Below are positions 1-7,926 of a stretch of DNA of 64,000 nt, one piece after another. Within the stretch, counting starts at the first letter, position 1. The number at the start of each line of letters is the position of its first letter. The stretch is taken from IMG/VR virus record IMGVR_UViG_3300042885_000900. One strand, 5' to 3'. Position numbers and translations under genes: made by a program. The notes under the pieces were generated by a model. The model worked only from the letters and a program-made list of their open reading frames with translations. It was not told the DNA's origin and did not search any database. This stretch comes from a virus. Its lineage: Duplodnaviria; Heunggongvirae; Uroviricota; Caudoviricetes.

Positions 1-646
1 GGAATTTAATACCCGAATTATCCAAATATCTTTTGTAAATTCTCATATCGGGAGACATATCTAAATATTTTTCAGTACCAGGAATGGCATTTACAAATGA
101 GTTAATGATTTCATTTATTTTTTCCGGAACATCCTCAATAATACCTTTAGCCAAAAAACCATTTAGAATCTCTCTTAAATGAACTCTTATTTTATTTATT
201 GGGTCAACATTAAACATACACCTTCTAACATTTTTTCTACATTTTGTTTTAAGATGATAATTAGTTAAGGAACCTGTGTATAATGAATTACTTTTAGAAT
301 TAAATGTTACGAATTGACATTTAGTATTCACCTTGAACCACTTACCAGCAAGTCGTCGTCGTTTAGCGTATTGGAAAATTTTAAATGATATTTTATCCTC
401 ATCGGTGGTAACACAGATTATTACTCTCTCAAATGATAAGGAACACAATGGGTTTGAGTAATTATTTTTAAACTCATCTTCAGTGTTATGAGTGTCTTTA
501 TAGGTAAAACTACCCCAAGGAGTCATATTAGCGTCATAATCATCAGAAAAAGGACACTCGGTCAACACCTGTTTTATAGGGTTAGAACTATGATATTCTT
601 TTGTTTGATGTTGTCTGATTGTGTAATTATATATCTCTTGACGCAT
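1..646 (-). CDS. Hypothetical protein, partial (runs off left edge); not in ORF track
   Basis: Hand translation gives an open frame from ATG 646 (MRQEIYNYTIRQHQTKEYHSSNPIKQVLTECPF...) to the edge; TATCTTTG element at 663-670 just upstream. Confidence 0.8.
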   Translation of the reverse strand, partial: MRQEIYNYTIRQHQTKEYHSSNPIKQVLTECPFSDDYDANMTPWGSFTYKDTHNTEDEFKNNYSNPLCSLSFERVIICVTTDEDKISFKIFQYAKRRRLAGKWFKVNTKCQFVTFNSKSNSLYTGSLTNYHLKTKCRKNVRRCMFNVDPINKIRVHLREILNGFLAKGIIEDVPEKINEIINSFVNAIPGTEKYLDMSPDMRIYKRYLDNSGIKF

Positions 647-662
647 AGGTATCTATTTTTAT

Positions 663-693
663 CAAAGATACAATAAATTTTGGGATAAAACAA
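663..693 (-). promoter_or_regulatory. Bacteroidota-type sigma-A promoter (-7 TATCTTTG, partial -33 TTG)
   Basis: caaagata at 663-670 on + strand = TATCTTTG; TTG 20 nt upstream. Confidence 0.6.
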
Positions 694-984
694 TTAATTT
701 AAAGAAAAAGACGCAAATTGGGTTCGTTGGATAATTGATTCAACATTTTTGGCCTCTATCTCATCATATTGGATATTTTTTAATTCAACAACAACACTAA
801 TTAATTGTGTTTTTGTTAATTCAACAGGTTCGTTGTTTTCCACATTCTTATAACATTGTTCTTTAACTTTTTCATAGAAGTCATCTTTCAATAAGTCCCC
901 AATCAAATCTATTAAATCATTGGGGTTCTTATCGAAGAAAGTTATAAATTGATTAATGTAGATTTCAACATCAACATTTTTCAT
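694..984 (-). CDS. Hypothetical protein (96 aa)
   Basis: ORF tiles with neighbours; no recognised motif. Confidence 0.75.
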   Translation of the reverse strand: MKNVDVEIYINQFITFFDKNPNDLIDLIGDLLKDDFYEKVKEQCYKNVENNEPVELTKTQLISVVVELKNIQYDEIEAKNVESIIQRTQFASFSLN

Positions 985-1009
985 ATCATTATTTTTTAAA
1001 AGGTGAAAT

Positions 1010-2389
1010 TTAGGAAACTATCCAAAACCCTGGTTCTTGTTCACTAAGATTTTCTAAAACTTTTTCCGGTATCTTAATATTTGGATTACTATTTCTTAAA
1101 TTAATAAAGACCAATTCAGGAAGTTCAGAAACACTCTCCGGAATACTTTCAAGACTAGGATTGTTTTGTAATGATAAAAATTGTAAATTTTTTAAATTAC
1201 CAATTGATTCCGGTAAACTTTTACAAATGTTTTGTAATAATAAAGCTTCAAGATTTACAAATCTACCAACCGAATCTGGAACTTCTAATACAATATTTTC
1301 ATTAGATTTGTTGCTGATTAATAAACGAATTATGGTATCAGGTAAACTTTCAAACAATTCGTCAAACCCATAAAGAGCAACAAATTTACCTGATGAACTT
1401 TCCGGATAATTTACCTCAACAGTATCTCCACCAGTTTTTACCAAACCTTCGGCAAATTCTTTTTTGAAGTATTCTTTAAGTTCTTTCCCTTCACCATTTA
1501 AGAATTCAACAAGATTTATTTGTCTATCTCTTCTATTCATAAATTGACTAGACGGGAAATGGAATTGGTATCTGTTTTTTGGTAATCCGGTTTTATCACT
1601 AAATTCTGTATCGTTATTTGGTAATACAACATAATATTGTCCACCTTGGTTTAAGTAATAATCAAAATATGTTCCGTCAAGTTTTGATGTACACCAACTT
1701 GTTTCACCAAATTGGTCAGCAGTATCATAATACCCACCAAAAAAAGCACCCGCCTCTTTTGCCGGTTGACTCATATCACTAATTGTTACAACAGTCCAAC
1801 TTGGACTTACAAAATCAATTTTTGACCCAGGATAAGCAAAAGGATTTTCTTTAGTTAATCTTTCAGCCTTATTTGATTTAGAATCTTTAGATAATTTAAA
1901 ATCTTCTACGGCGGTATATAATTGTTCTGGAGTTATTTTATTAATATCCCTTAATTCCTCCGGAATTCTTCCTTTAAAACGCTCGTGTTTCAATAAATCA
2001 ACACCAAGTTTATCAATGTCTTCTAAAAACATTCTTCTATATTCTTGAGCAACTCTCTTATATTCCGGAGTACCAACTTCAATGTCAGCTCTCTCATCAG
2101 TAAAAGTCGGTCTTATAAAATGTTTTAACATCCATTGAGTATACTTACCAACTTTAACATTATCCATATCTTCTAAAGTAGCCCCTTCTTTATCAAAATC
2201 TTGAGGAACTCTAGTTGTTGGGTCAGCAAATATTATTGTTTTTAATGTGTCCAAATCCATAGCTCCTTTAGGTTTTTGTCCCGGAGCTGTTGGTTTTGCC
2301 GCAACAGTTGGTTTAACTAATTTGTCGTATAATACTTGGAAACGAGATTGTTCTGTAATCAAATTTGATAATACTGAGGTTATTTTCAT
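1010..2389 (-). CDS. Leucine-rich-repeat protein with unknown N-terminal domain; possible virion-internal protein
   Basis: C-terminal LRRs (SLPESIGNLKNLQFLSLQNN, SIPESVSELPELVFINL); N-terminal LITEQ motif; two TATTTATA motifs upstream. Confidence 0.75.
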   Translation of the reverse strand: MKITSVLSNLITEQSRFQVLYDKLVKPTVAAKPTAPGQKPKGAMDLDTLKTIIFADPTTRVPQDFDKEGATLEDMDNVKVGKYTQWMLKHFIRPTFTDERADIEVGTPEYKRVAQEYRRMFLEDIDKLGVDLLKHERFKGRIPEELRDINKITPEQLYTAVEDFKLSKDSKSNKAERLTKENPFAYPGSKIDFVSPSWTVVTISDMSQPAKEAGAFFGGYYDTADQFGETSWCTSKLDGTYFDYYLNQGGQYYVVLPNNDTEFSDKTGLPKNRYQFHFPSSQFMNRRDRQINLVEFLNGEGKELKEYFKKEFAEGLVKTGGDTVEVNYPESSSGKFVALYGFDELFESLPDTIIRLLISNKSNENIVLEVPDSVGRFVNLEALLLQNICKSLPESIGNLKNLQFLSLQNNPSLESIPESVSELPELVFINLRNSNPNIKIPEKVLENLSEQEPGFWIVS

Positions 2390-2405
2390 TTTAATAGTTT
2401 TTTAT

Positions 2406-2430
2406 TATAAATATTCGTTTTTTATAAATA
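2406..2430 (-). promoter_or_regulatory. Two tandem putative late-promoter motifs TATTTATA
   Basis: tataaata on + strand at 2406-2413 and 2423-2430, upstream of ATG 2389. Confidence 0.6.
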
Positions 2431-2464
2431 ATTCACCAAACACCATTACTTTTGTTTGACGGGA

Positions 2465-2495
2465 CAAAGATAATGATAATTTTTAATAATCCAAA
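2465..2495 (-). promoter_or_regulatory. Bacteroidota consensus promoter TTTG-N19-TATCTTTG
   Basis: -7 at 2465-2472, -33 at 2492-2495, 19-nt spacer. Confidence 0.75.
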
Positions 2496-3341
2496 TTAAT
2501 TTTTATAATTCATAATTAAAATTTCTTCACCCATTGTTTGTACCTTACCCTTCTTAGCCGCAGCCGCTTTTGCAAATAATTTTCTCTCCCATTGATATTG
2601 ATTCTGAGGAAACCATACTTGTAATTGGGGAAAATCATAGTAAGACATCCCAAATTTACCCTTAACCCTTTTTAATGTGTTAGCTAATCTTTCGTGGTCT
2701 TTACTATCAAAGTCATGATTATTGTAATAGTTCTCTGTTTTCCAATATGGCGCATCCACATAATGAAACGTTTTATCAGAATCATATTTTAATATTAAAT
2801 CTTCAAAATCCATATTTTCAATATGAGTAATATTAAGAAAATATTCCACCCAATCAGGTTTAGATAATTTGTCTCGGAATGTTAGATATTTTGATTTATA
2901 CTTTCCTTTAAGGTCAATAAACGAACTTGTTTCAGGTTTAGAACCACTAAAAACTTGAGTAACCACATAAACATATTTCGCGGCGACTTCATAATTATAT
3001 TCACCAACATTAAACCCTTCTTTAAAAATTTCAGACTGAAATTTAATAAATTGTTCTTTACATATTTCTGGTGTAGGAAACACTCCTTTTTCTTGACAAG
3101 GGATTTTATTTATCTCCTCTAATAATCTTGAGGGATTTTTAATACACTGAAATAAATTATAATTTAACGGATTCAAATCATTATATACAATTTTTTTAAG
3201 ATTTGGATATTTACTTAAATCCATATTAAAATAACACCACATCATTCCACCGAAACTCTCGGTATATATTTCCATATCATTTGGATAATATTCTATTAAC
3301 CACTTACCTATTCTACTCTTACCACCAATCCAACTTAACAT
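2496..3341 (-). CDS. Dam-like (D12 class) N6-adenine DNA methyltransferase
   Basis: WIGGKS start, motif I ESFGG, YNDLN, catalytic DAPY; probable start at M24 (3341) rather than 3410. Confidence 0.85.
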   Translation of the reverse strand: MLSWIGGKSRIGKWLIEYYPNDMEIYTESFGGMMWCYFNMDLSKYPNLKKIVYNDLNPLNYNLFQCIKNPSRLLEEINKIPCQEKGVFPTPEICKEQFIKFQSEIFKEGFNVGEYNYEVAAKYVYVVTQVFSGSKPETSSFIDLKGKYKSKYLTFRDKLSKPDWVEYFLNITHIENMDFEDLILKYDSDKTFHYVDAPYWKTENYYNNHDFDSKDHERLANTLKRVKGKFGMSYYDFPQLQVWFPQNQYQWERKLFAKAAAAKKGKVQTMGEEILIMNYKN

Positions 3342-3345
3342 ATTA

Positions 3346-4110
3346 TTAAAATTTAAAATTATATTCTGATTCAGGATTTCTTGGAAATCTTGAAAGTTTA
3401 TTAAACGCAATATAACTCACGTATTTATTAAATGTAATTAAATTATTCTTTTTAATCAAATCACAAAATTCTTCTTTACTAACAAAATTATTTATAACCT
3501 CATTAAATTTATTTTTTTTTCTTTCTAAAAAAACAGTATCATCACTATATATAATATTTTTAAATTTAAAAACATCCGTCAAATTAGTTATTGATAATAT
3601 TTTTATTTTACCGGAAGAGTAAATGTTTAATTTATAAACACCATTGTCCGATAAAAACTTTTTCAATGAAATAATAAACCCCTCATTCCCCGCAATCGAG
3701 ACGTGATGCCATTTATTTTTAATCTTACTAATACACCCATCCCCGTCAAAATAACCCCTAACAAAATGTTTAATTAAATTAGGTTCAATATTGGGGAATA
3801 TTATTTTAAATGTTTTATTATTAACACAACCTAAATCAAATAATCTATTAACCAATAAATTTGAATAAACCGTTACCGAACAAAATTTAGATTTACCATC
3901 TATGCCGCATTTTATTGGCTTGTCACATTCTATATCTGTAAGAAATTTTTCAATATGGGGTTTATCAGTATCTTTTAATTTTAATTTTAACTCTCCACTT
4001 TTACCATCTTTCATTCTGGTATACCCATCCGCATATAAAAACCCTAACCAATATGACGACTTCTCATTTAACTCATCAAAAAAATGTTCATTAAAACTAT
4101 ATTTTCTCAT
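3346..4110 (-). CDS. Free-standing two-motif LAGLIDADG homing endonuclease
   Basis: YWLGFLYADG and FVRGYFDGDG motifs; short C-terminal extension (...FPRNPESEY). Confidence 0.88.
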   Translation of the reverse strand: MRKYSFNEHFFDELNEKSSYWLGFLYADGYTRMKDGKSGELKLKLKDTDKPHIEKFLTDIECDKPIKCGIDGKSKFCSVTVYSNLLVNRLFDLGCVNNKTFKIIFPNIEPNLIKHFVRGYFDGDGCISKIKNKWHHVSIAGNEGFIISLKKFLSDNGVYKLNIYSSGKIKILSITNLTDVFKFKNIIYSDDTVFLERKKNKFNEVINNFVSKEEFCDLIKKNNLITFNKYVSYIAFNKLSRFPRNPESEYNFKF

Positions 4111-4255
4111 AATACTCTTTAACTAATTTTTGGATAAACTTGGAAATACTAACCTCCTCGTTTTTCATTTTATCAAAAAGATATCGGTTAATACTTATTC
4201 CGTATTTAACTTTCTTATCTTCGTCATTTTTATTAGGTCGTCCAATCTTTCCCAT
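4097..4255 (-). CDS. 52-aa ribbon-helix-helix protein (not in ORF track)
   Basis: MGKIGRPNKNDEDKKVKYGISINRYLFDKMKNEEVSISKFIQKLVKEYYEKI; strand-helix-helix pattern; overlaps LAGLIDADG start by 14 nt; TATTTATA at 4260-4267. Confidence 0.72.
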   Translation of the reverse strand: MGKIGRPNKNDEDKKVKYGISINRYLFDKMKNEEVSISKFIQKLVKEYYEKI

Positions 4256-4259
4256 ATAT

Positions 4260-4267
4260 TATAAATA
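4260..4267 (-). promoter_or_regulatory. Putative late-promoter motif TATTTATA
   Basis: 4 nt from ATG 4255. Confidence 0.6.
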
Positions 4268-4346
4268 TCCCAAAGAATAGTAAAAGTGCGTTAAAAAGTG
4301 AAGTTTTTTTGAGAAAAAAATAGTTTTTCTTTTAAAATTTTTCCCC

Positions 4347-4376
4347 TATATTTGATATAAATTAATATTATTTATA
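4347..4376 (+). promoter_or_regulatory. -7-like TATATTTG (4347-4354) and TATTTATA (4369-4376)
   Basis: Both directly upstream of ATG 4376 on the coding strand. Confidence 0.5.
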
Positions 4377-4594
4377 TGGAAACAGTAGAAGGTCAGATTA
4401 TCGACGAAAAAGACATTAAAACAACAGAAAACATTAATCAAAATACAAAGGGTGAAAAAGCAGGTTGTAAATCTTGCAAAAAAAAAGGAATATCAAACAC
4501 CGATTGGCTTATGATAATCCTTTCATCTTATATTTTATTCTCATCAGTTTATGGTACTATAAAATTGATTAAAGAACTTATGTTGTTATTCTAA
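4376..4594 (+). CDS. Small membrane protein with CxxC (GCKSCKKK) and one C-terminal TM helix
   Basis: 72-aa ORF with hydrophobic WLMIILSSYILFSSVYGTI segment. Confidence 0.7.
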   Translation: METVEGQIIDEKDIKTTENINQNTKGEKAGCKSCKKKGISNTDWLMIILSSYILFSSVYGTIKLIKELMLLF

Positions 4595-4596
4595 AA

Positions 4597-5520
4597 TTAC
4601 TTACGAGAGAATTTAACATTTAATTTTATAAACAAATCCCCAACATTATTAAACCCTTTAGATTTAACTCGAAGGGGTTTTGTTGTGTCAAAGTCAATCG
4701 GCAATTTAACCGATATATTACCTTTTGGATGATTAACATCTAAAGTATCTTTCTTTAACGACTCTAAATCAAAAAAGGTATTATACACTAAATCATTACC
4801 AAGTTTTTCAAAATTATTTTCAGGTGAAACTTTAATCCTTAAAACTAAATTTCCGTAAATACCATTATGGAAATCACCTTTCCCTTGTAATCTTAAAAAT
4901 TGTCCATCATCCACAGCATGAGGTAATTTAATTGATAAATTTTCAATAGAACTTTTGGTTGTTTCTCCATTACAAGACCCACAAACTCTTGAATATGAGA
5001 ACCCTTTTCCATTACAAGAATAACAAACTTGTCTCACCATCTGAATAAACATTCCTGTACCAATTCTTTGGATTGTGAACCCTTCTCCTCTACAAGTACC
5101 ACAATTTACCCTATCACCACCACTACCATTACAACCGCCACATTTATGTTTTCTACTATATGTGATTGTTTTATCAGAACCATTATAACTTTCTAAAACC
5201 CCAACCATAACTTCAATCACTTTATCCGGAACTGATGGTTGTCTATGAGAGTGCATGTTATTAAACATATCTTCAAATGGGTTTCCACCACCACCAAATG
5301 GGTTAAAACCACCACCAAAAGGATTTGACCTTTGATTATCGTATTGTTGGCGTTTATCGTTGTCCCCTATTGTATCAAACGCTTCAGAAATTTCTTTAAA
5401 CTTATTCTCATCACCACCTTTATCCGGATGATGTTCCACCGCCAATTTTCTATAGGATTTTTTAATCTCTTCTTGGGTAGCTGTTTCATTAACACCTAAT
5501 GTCTCATAAAAATTTTTCAT
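4597..5520 (-). CDS. dnaJ: DnaJ-type co-chaperone
   Basis: J-domain with HPD, G/F-rich linker, CxxCxGxG zinc repeats, C-terminal G.GDL motifs. Confidence 0.93.
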   Translation of the reverse strand: MKNFYETLGVNETATQEEIKKSYRKLAVEHHPDKGGDENKFKEISEAFDTIGDNDKRQQYDNQRSNPFGGGFNPFGGGGNPFEDMFNNMHSHRQPSVPDKVIEVMVGVLESYNGSDKTITYSRKHKCGGCNGSGGDRVNCGTCRGEGFTIQRIGTGMFIQMVRQVCYSCNGKGFSYSRVCGSCNGETTKSSIENLSIKLPHAVDDGQFLRLQGKGDFHNGIYGNLVLRIKVSPENNFEKLGNDLVYNTFFDLESLKKDTLDVNHPKGNISVKLPIDFDTTKPLRVKSKGFNNVGDLFIKLNVKFSRK

Positions 5521-5574
5521 ACTTATTTACTTATATTTAATTTAAAACTAATCTATTTAATAACAACTATCAAC

Positions 5575-6216
5575 ATGAATTACTTAATTGTTCTATTCAA
5601 AAATAAAATAAAAAAGAAAATAATCAATAAATTTAAGACACATAAAAAGTCAGATGATTTATTTATTACCTTATCTAATCAAAGTAATGATGTTATTTTT
5701 GAAAAAAAGTATACGAATGGGGATGAGTGTAGTTATGAATTAGCAATATTGGAAAAGTCTCCCGATACATTTCTTCCTGTATATTTAAAAGATGAGTTGG
5801 GTCGACAAATTAAAGTTAATTTAGACGATGATGATTATACAATAACAAAAATAATAACCTATAAAATTGAGGAGACTTTATTAGACCTCACTTTAAATAA
5901 AAAAATAAACTCTCTCGAGTTTATTAAATTATATTTAGACCCAGTGGGGTTTAAATTAGTATCAAAATTAAATAATAAAATTATCGTTCAGAATGACGAT
6001 AAAGTTAATTTATTCATTTTAAAAAACGAGTATGATTCCTCTCGTTTTATAGATTCTATTTCAAATAAATTCATTTCAGAAAAAAGAATGGATTGTATGT
6101 TTGTTAAAGATTATTCCATCACCCAAAAAAAATCCCTGTATAATTTATTAATTAATCAGGGGTTTTCAAAAGACTACCTTCTTCGGTATTCAACAACTCA
6201 TCCAGTAAAAAAATAA
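5575..6216 (+). CDS. Hypothetical protein (213 aa)
   Basis: Long ORF divergent from dnaJ. Confidence 0.75.
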   Translation: MNYLIVLFKNKIKKKIINKFKTHKKSDDLFITLSNQSNDVIFEKKYTNGDECSYELAILEKSPDTFLPVYLKDELGRQIKVNLDDDDYTITKIITYKIEETLLDLTLNKKINSLEFIKLYLDPVGFKLVSKLNNKIIVQNDDKVNLFILKNEYDSSRFIDSISNKFISEKRMDCMFVKDYSITQKKSLYNLLINQGFSKDYLLRYSTTHPVKK

Positions 6217-6418
6217 ATTCAGTGTTTGAAATATCAATTTTGAATTGTTTATAATTTCGGTCAACATCTCTGAAATTTTTTTGAACTGTTTTATAATCTT
6301 TCTCTTTAAGTTCAAAAGCTATCATACATTTTCCATCGGGGAATAAACTTTCAATAGCATCAGATATCATCGCCAATTTTTGAATTATCCCATCAACACT
6401 TTTTTTATTCTCATCCAT
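6152..6418 (-). CDS. Hypothetical protein
   Basis: Part of a tiled minus-strand run. Confidence 0.65.
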   Translation of the reverse strand: MDENKKSVDGIIQKLAMISDAIESLFPDGKCMIAFELKEKDYKTVQKNFRDVDRNYKQFKIDISNTEFIFLLDELLNTEEGSLLKTPD

Positions 6419-6576
6419 AATGTAAGTTTTTCTGGTATTATTTGTTTTGGAAGAATGTCCTCCTTTTTTATTTTTACTATATCTTTGATTAATTTTGATT
6501 TTTCATTATGTAAATCAATCTCATCTTTTTTAATCTCATTCTGATACCAGTTTAGGTGTTTTAAGCTCTTCTTCAT
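6385..6576 (-). CDS. Hypothetical protein
   Basis: Tiled minus-strand run. Confidence 0.6.
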   Translation of the reverse strand: MKKSLKHLNWYQNEIKKDEIDLHNEKSKLIKDIVKIKKEDILPKQIIPEKLTLWMRIKKVLMG

Positions 6577-6964
6577 TATCTTCTAACTCAATTTTAGTAT
6601 TTTTTATATTAAATTTTAAACTTTTCAAATTATTTAAATTTTGTTTTTCAAAAATATTTTTTAATTCATCCACTTTGTTTTGGAACAGTTTGTCTTTTTC
6701 TTCTCTCTCTAAATTATATTTAATAATATTTTGTAAATTTTCAGAAGTTTTTTCAACATTACTCTCACTTATTTCACTAACAAATGAAAAAAATCTATGG
6801 TCAGTCATTGTACTTTCTTGTTCCATTACTTTATCTTCCTCAACATATTTTTTAGGTAGTTTCCAACTCATTGGGAAAGCAACATCAAAACTTAAATATT
6901 TTTCAATTTTTCTAACTGATTGTAAGTAAGGGAATAGTAGTGAAAATTCTTTATATAAGCTCAT
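6536..6964 (-). CDS. Hypothetical protein with coiled-coil C-terminus
   Basis: Probable start MSLYKEF at 6964, right after the upstream stop. Confidence 0.72.
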   Translation of the reverse strand: MSLYKEFSLLFPYLQSVRKIEKYLSFDVAFPMSWKLPKKYVEEDKVMEQESTMTDHRFFSFVSEISESNVEKTSENLQNIIKYNLEREEKDKLFQNKVDELKNIFEKQNLNNLKSLKFNIKNTKIELEDNEEELKTPKLVSE

Positions 6965-6966
6965 AA

Positions 6967-7152
6967 TTAATATTTTATAATATAGGTTAAACAATAGGAT
7001 ATTGCCAATCCTAAATAAATAAGTTCCCCATTATTCAATAAAAACCTTTTCGGTGGATTTGATATTAGGGAACCTATTAATCTAATAACCGTTCTTGAAA
7101 CGGTCAAAATCGAAAAGATAAATATAAACAATAAAATTGTTTTAATATCCAT
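6967..7152 (-). CDS. Small two-TM membrane protein
   Basis: Two hydrophobic segments in 61 aa. Confidence 0.7.
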   Translation of the reverse strand: MDIKTILLFIFIFSILTVSRTVIRLIGSLISNPPKRFLLNNGELIYLGLAISYCLTYIIKY

Positions 7153-7154
7153 AA

Positions 7155-7331
7155 CTACTCGTCTTTTTTTCTTTCCGATAAAATTTCTTTTCGTAAAGTA
7201 TCTAATGATTTTTTTAAATCTTGTGCTAATTTTCTAGCTCTAGTACCAGCACTTTTATTACCTGCGAAGAATTTTGTTGCGTCCACCGATAATTCTTCGG
7301 TTAAAGCCTTAATTTGTTCTAATGTTTCCAT
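7155..7331 (-). CDS. Histone H1-like Hc1-family protein (58 aa; not in ORF track)
   Basis: METLEQIKALTEELSVDATKFFAGNKSAGTRARKLAQDLKKSLDTLRKEILSERKKDE; GNKxAxxRAR signature. Confidence 0.8.
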   Translation of the reverse strand: METLEQIKALTEELSVDATKFFAGNKSAGTRARKLAQDLKKSLDTLRKEILSERKKDE

Positions 7332-7411
7332 TTCAAAGTTTGTTAATAATTTATTTTATATCTTTAAAAGTAAATTTAATTATACCATTGTAAACACTAT
7401 ATGGTGTTTTT

Positions 7412-7879
7412 TTATGTTTTGAGGTTATTATTCAATACTTTGTATATCATTAAAATCATTTCTAAATCAGATTTTGTAAATGTCTTATCTAAATTAAATA
7501 AATCGGTAAAAAATTCACCTACAGAAATTCTAATTTTTTCTTCCTTTTGATGGTAAAAAATTTCATCAAAAAAAGATTCAAAATAATCGTAATGACCACC
7601 TTTAAGATGGAAATTAATATTTTCTTTTTTAAAGTTTTCAATTGTTTTTTTCCAACACCAATCAAAATGGTTTAAATTATCTTTATCAGACAAAATTATT
7701 TTTGTTTCGTTAGAAATAGTGTTTTGACCTAAATAGGTCTGTAAAATTAGAGAATTAAGTGAATGGGAAAAGTCTGAATATAATTCTAATTTTTCGGGAA
7801 TAACATTATTCACCCTAAACCAGACTTCTACATCTTCGGGGGACATTGGCTTTGTTATATAATTAAAAAAATTCTCCAT
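7412..7879 (-). CDS. Hypothetical protein (155 aa)
   Basis: ORF; start codon lies inside a 10-bp hairpin. Confidence 0.75.
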   Translation of the reverse strand: MENFFNYITKPMSPEDVEVWFRVNNVIPEKLELYSDFSHSLNSLILQTYLGQNTISNETKIILSDKDNLNHFDWCWKKTIENFKKENINFHLKGGHYDYFESFFDEIFYHQKEEKIRISVGEFFTDLFNLDKTFTKSDLEMILMIYKVLNNNLKT

Positions 7880-7898
7880 AGAGTTAGTCTATGGAGAA
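7872..7898 (-). terminator. 10-bp hairpin containing the ATG of the downstream gene, followed by a U-tract
   Basis: TTCTCCATAG-actaact-CTATGGAGAA then TTTTTTT on - strand. Confidence 0.55.
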
Positions 7899-7926
7899 AT
7901 TATAATTCATTTTATTTTTTTGTAAA

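Noticed and set aside
100-2300. Frequent CCGG/TCCGGA sites in some genes
   Set aside because: Explainable by CCG-GAA/GGN codon pairs; not counted, so no claim made
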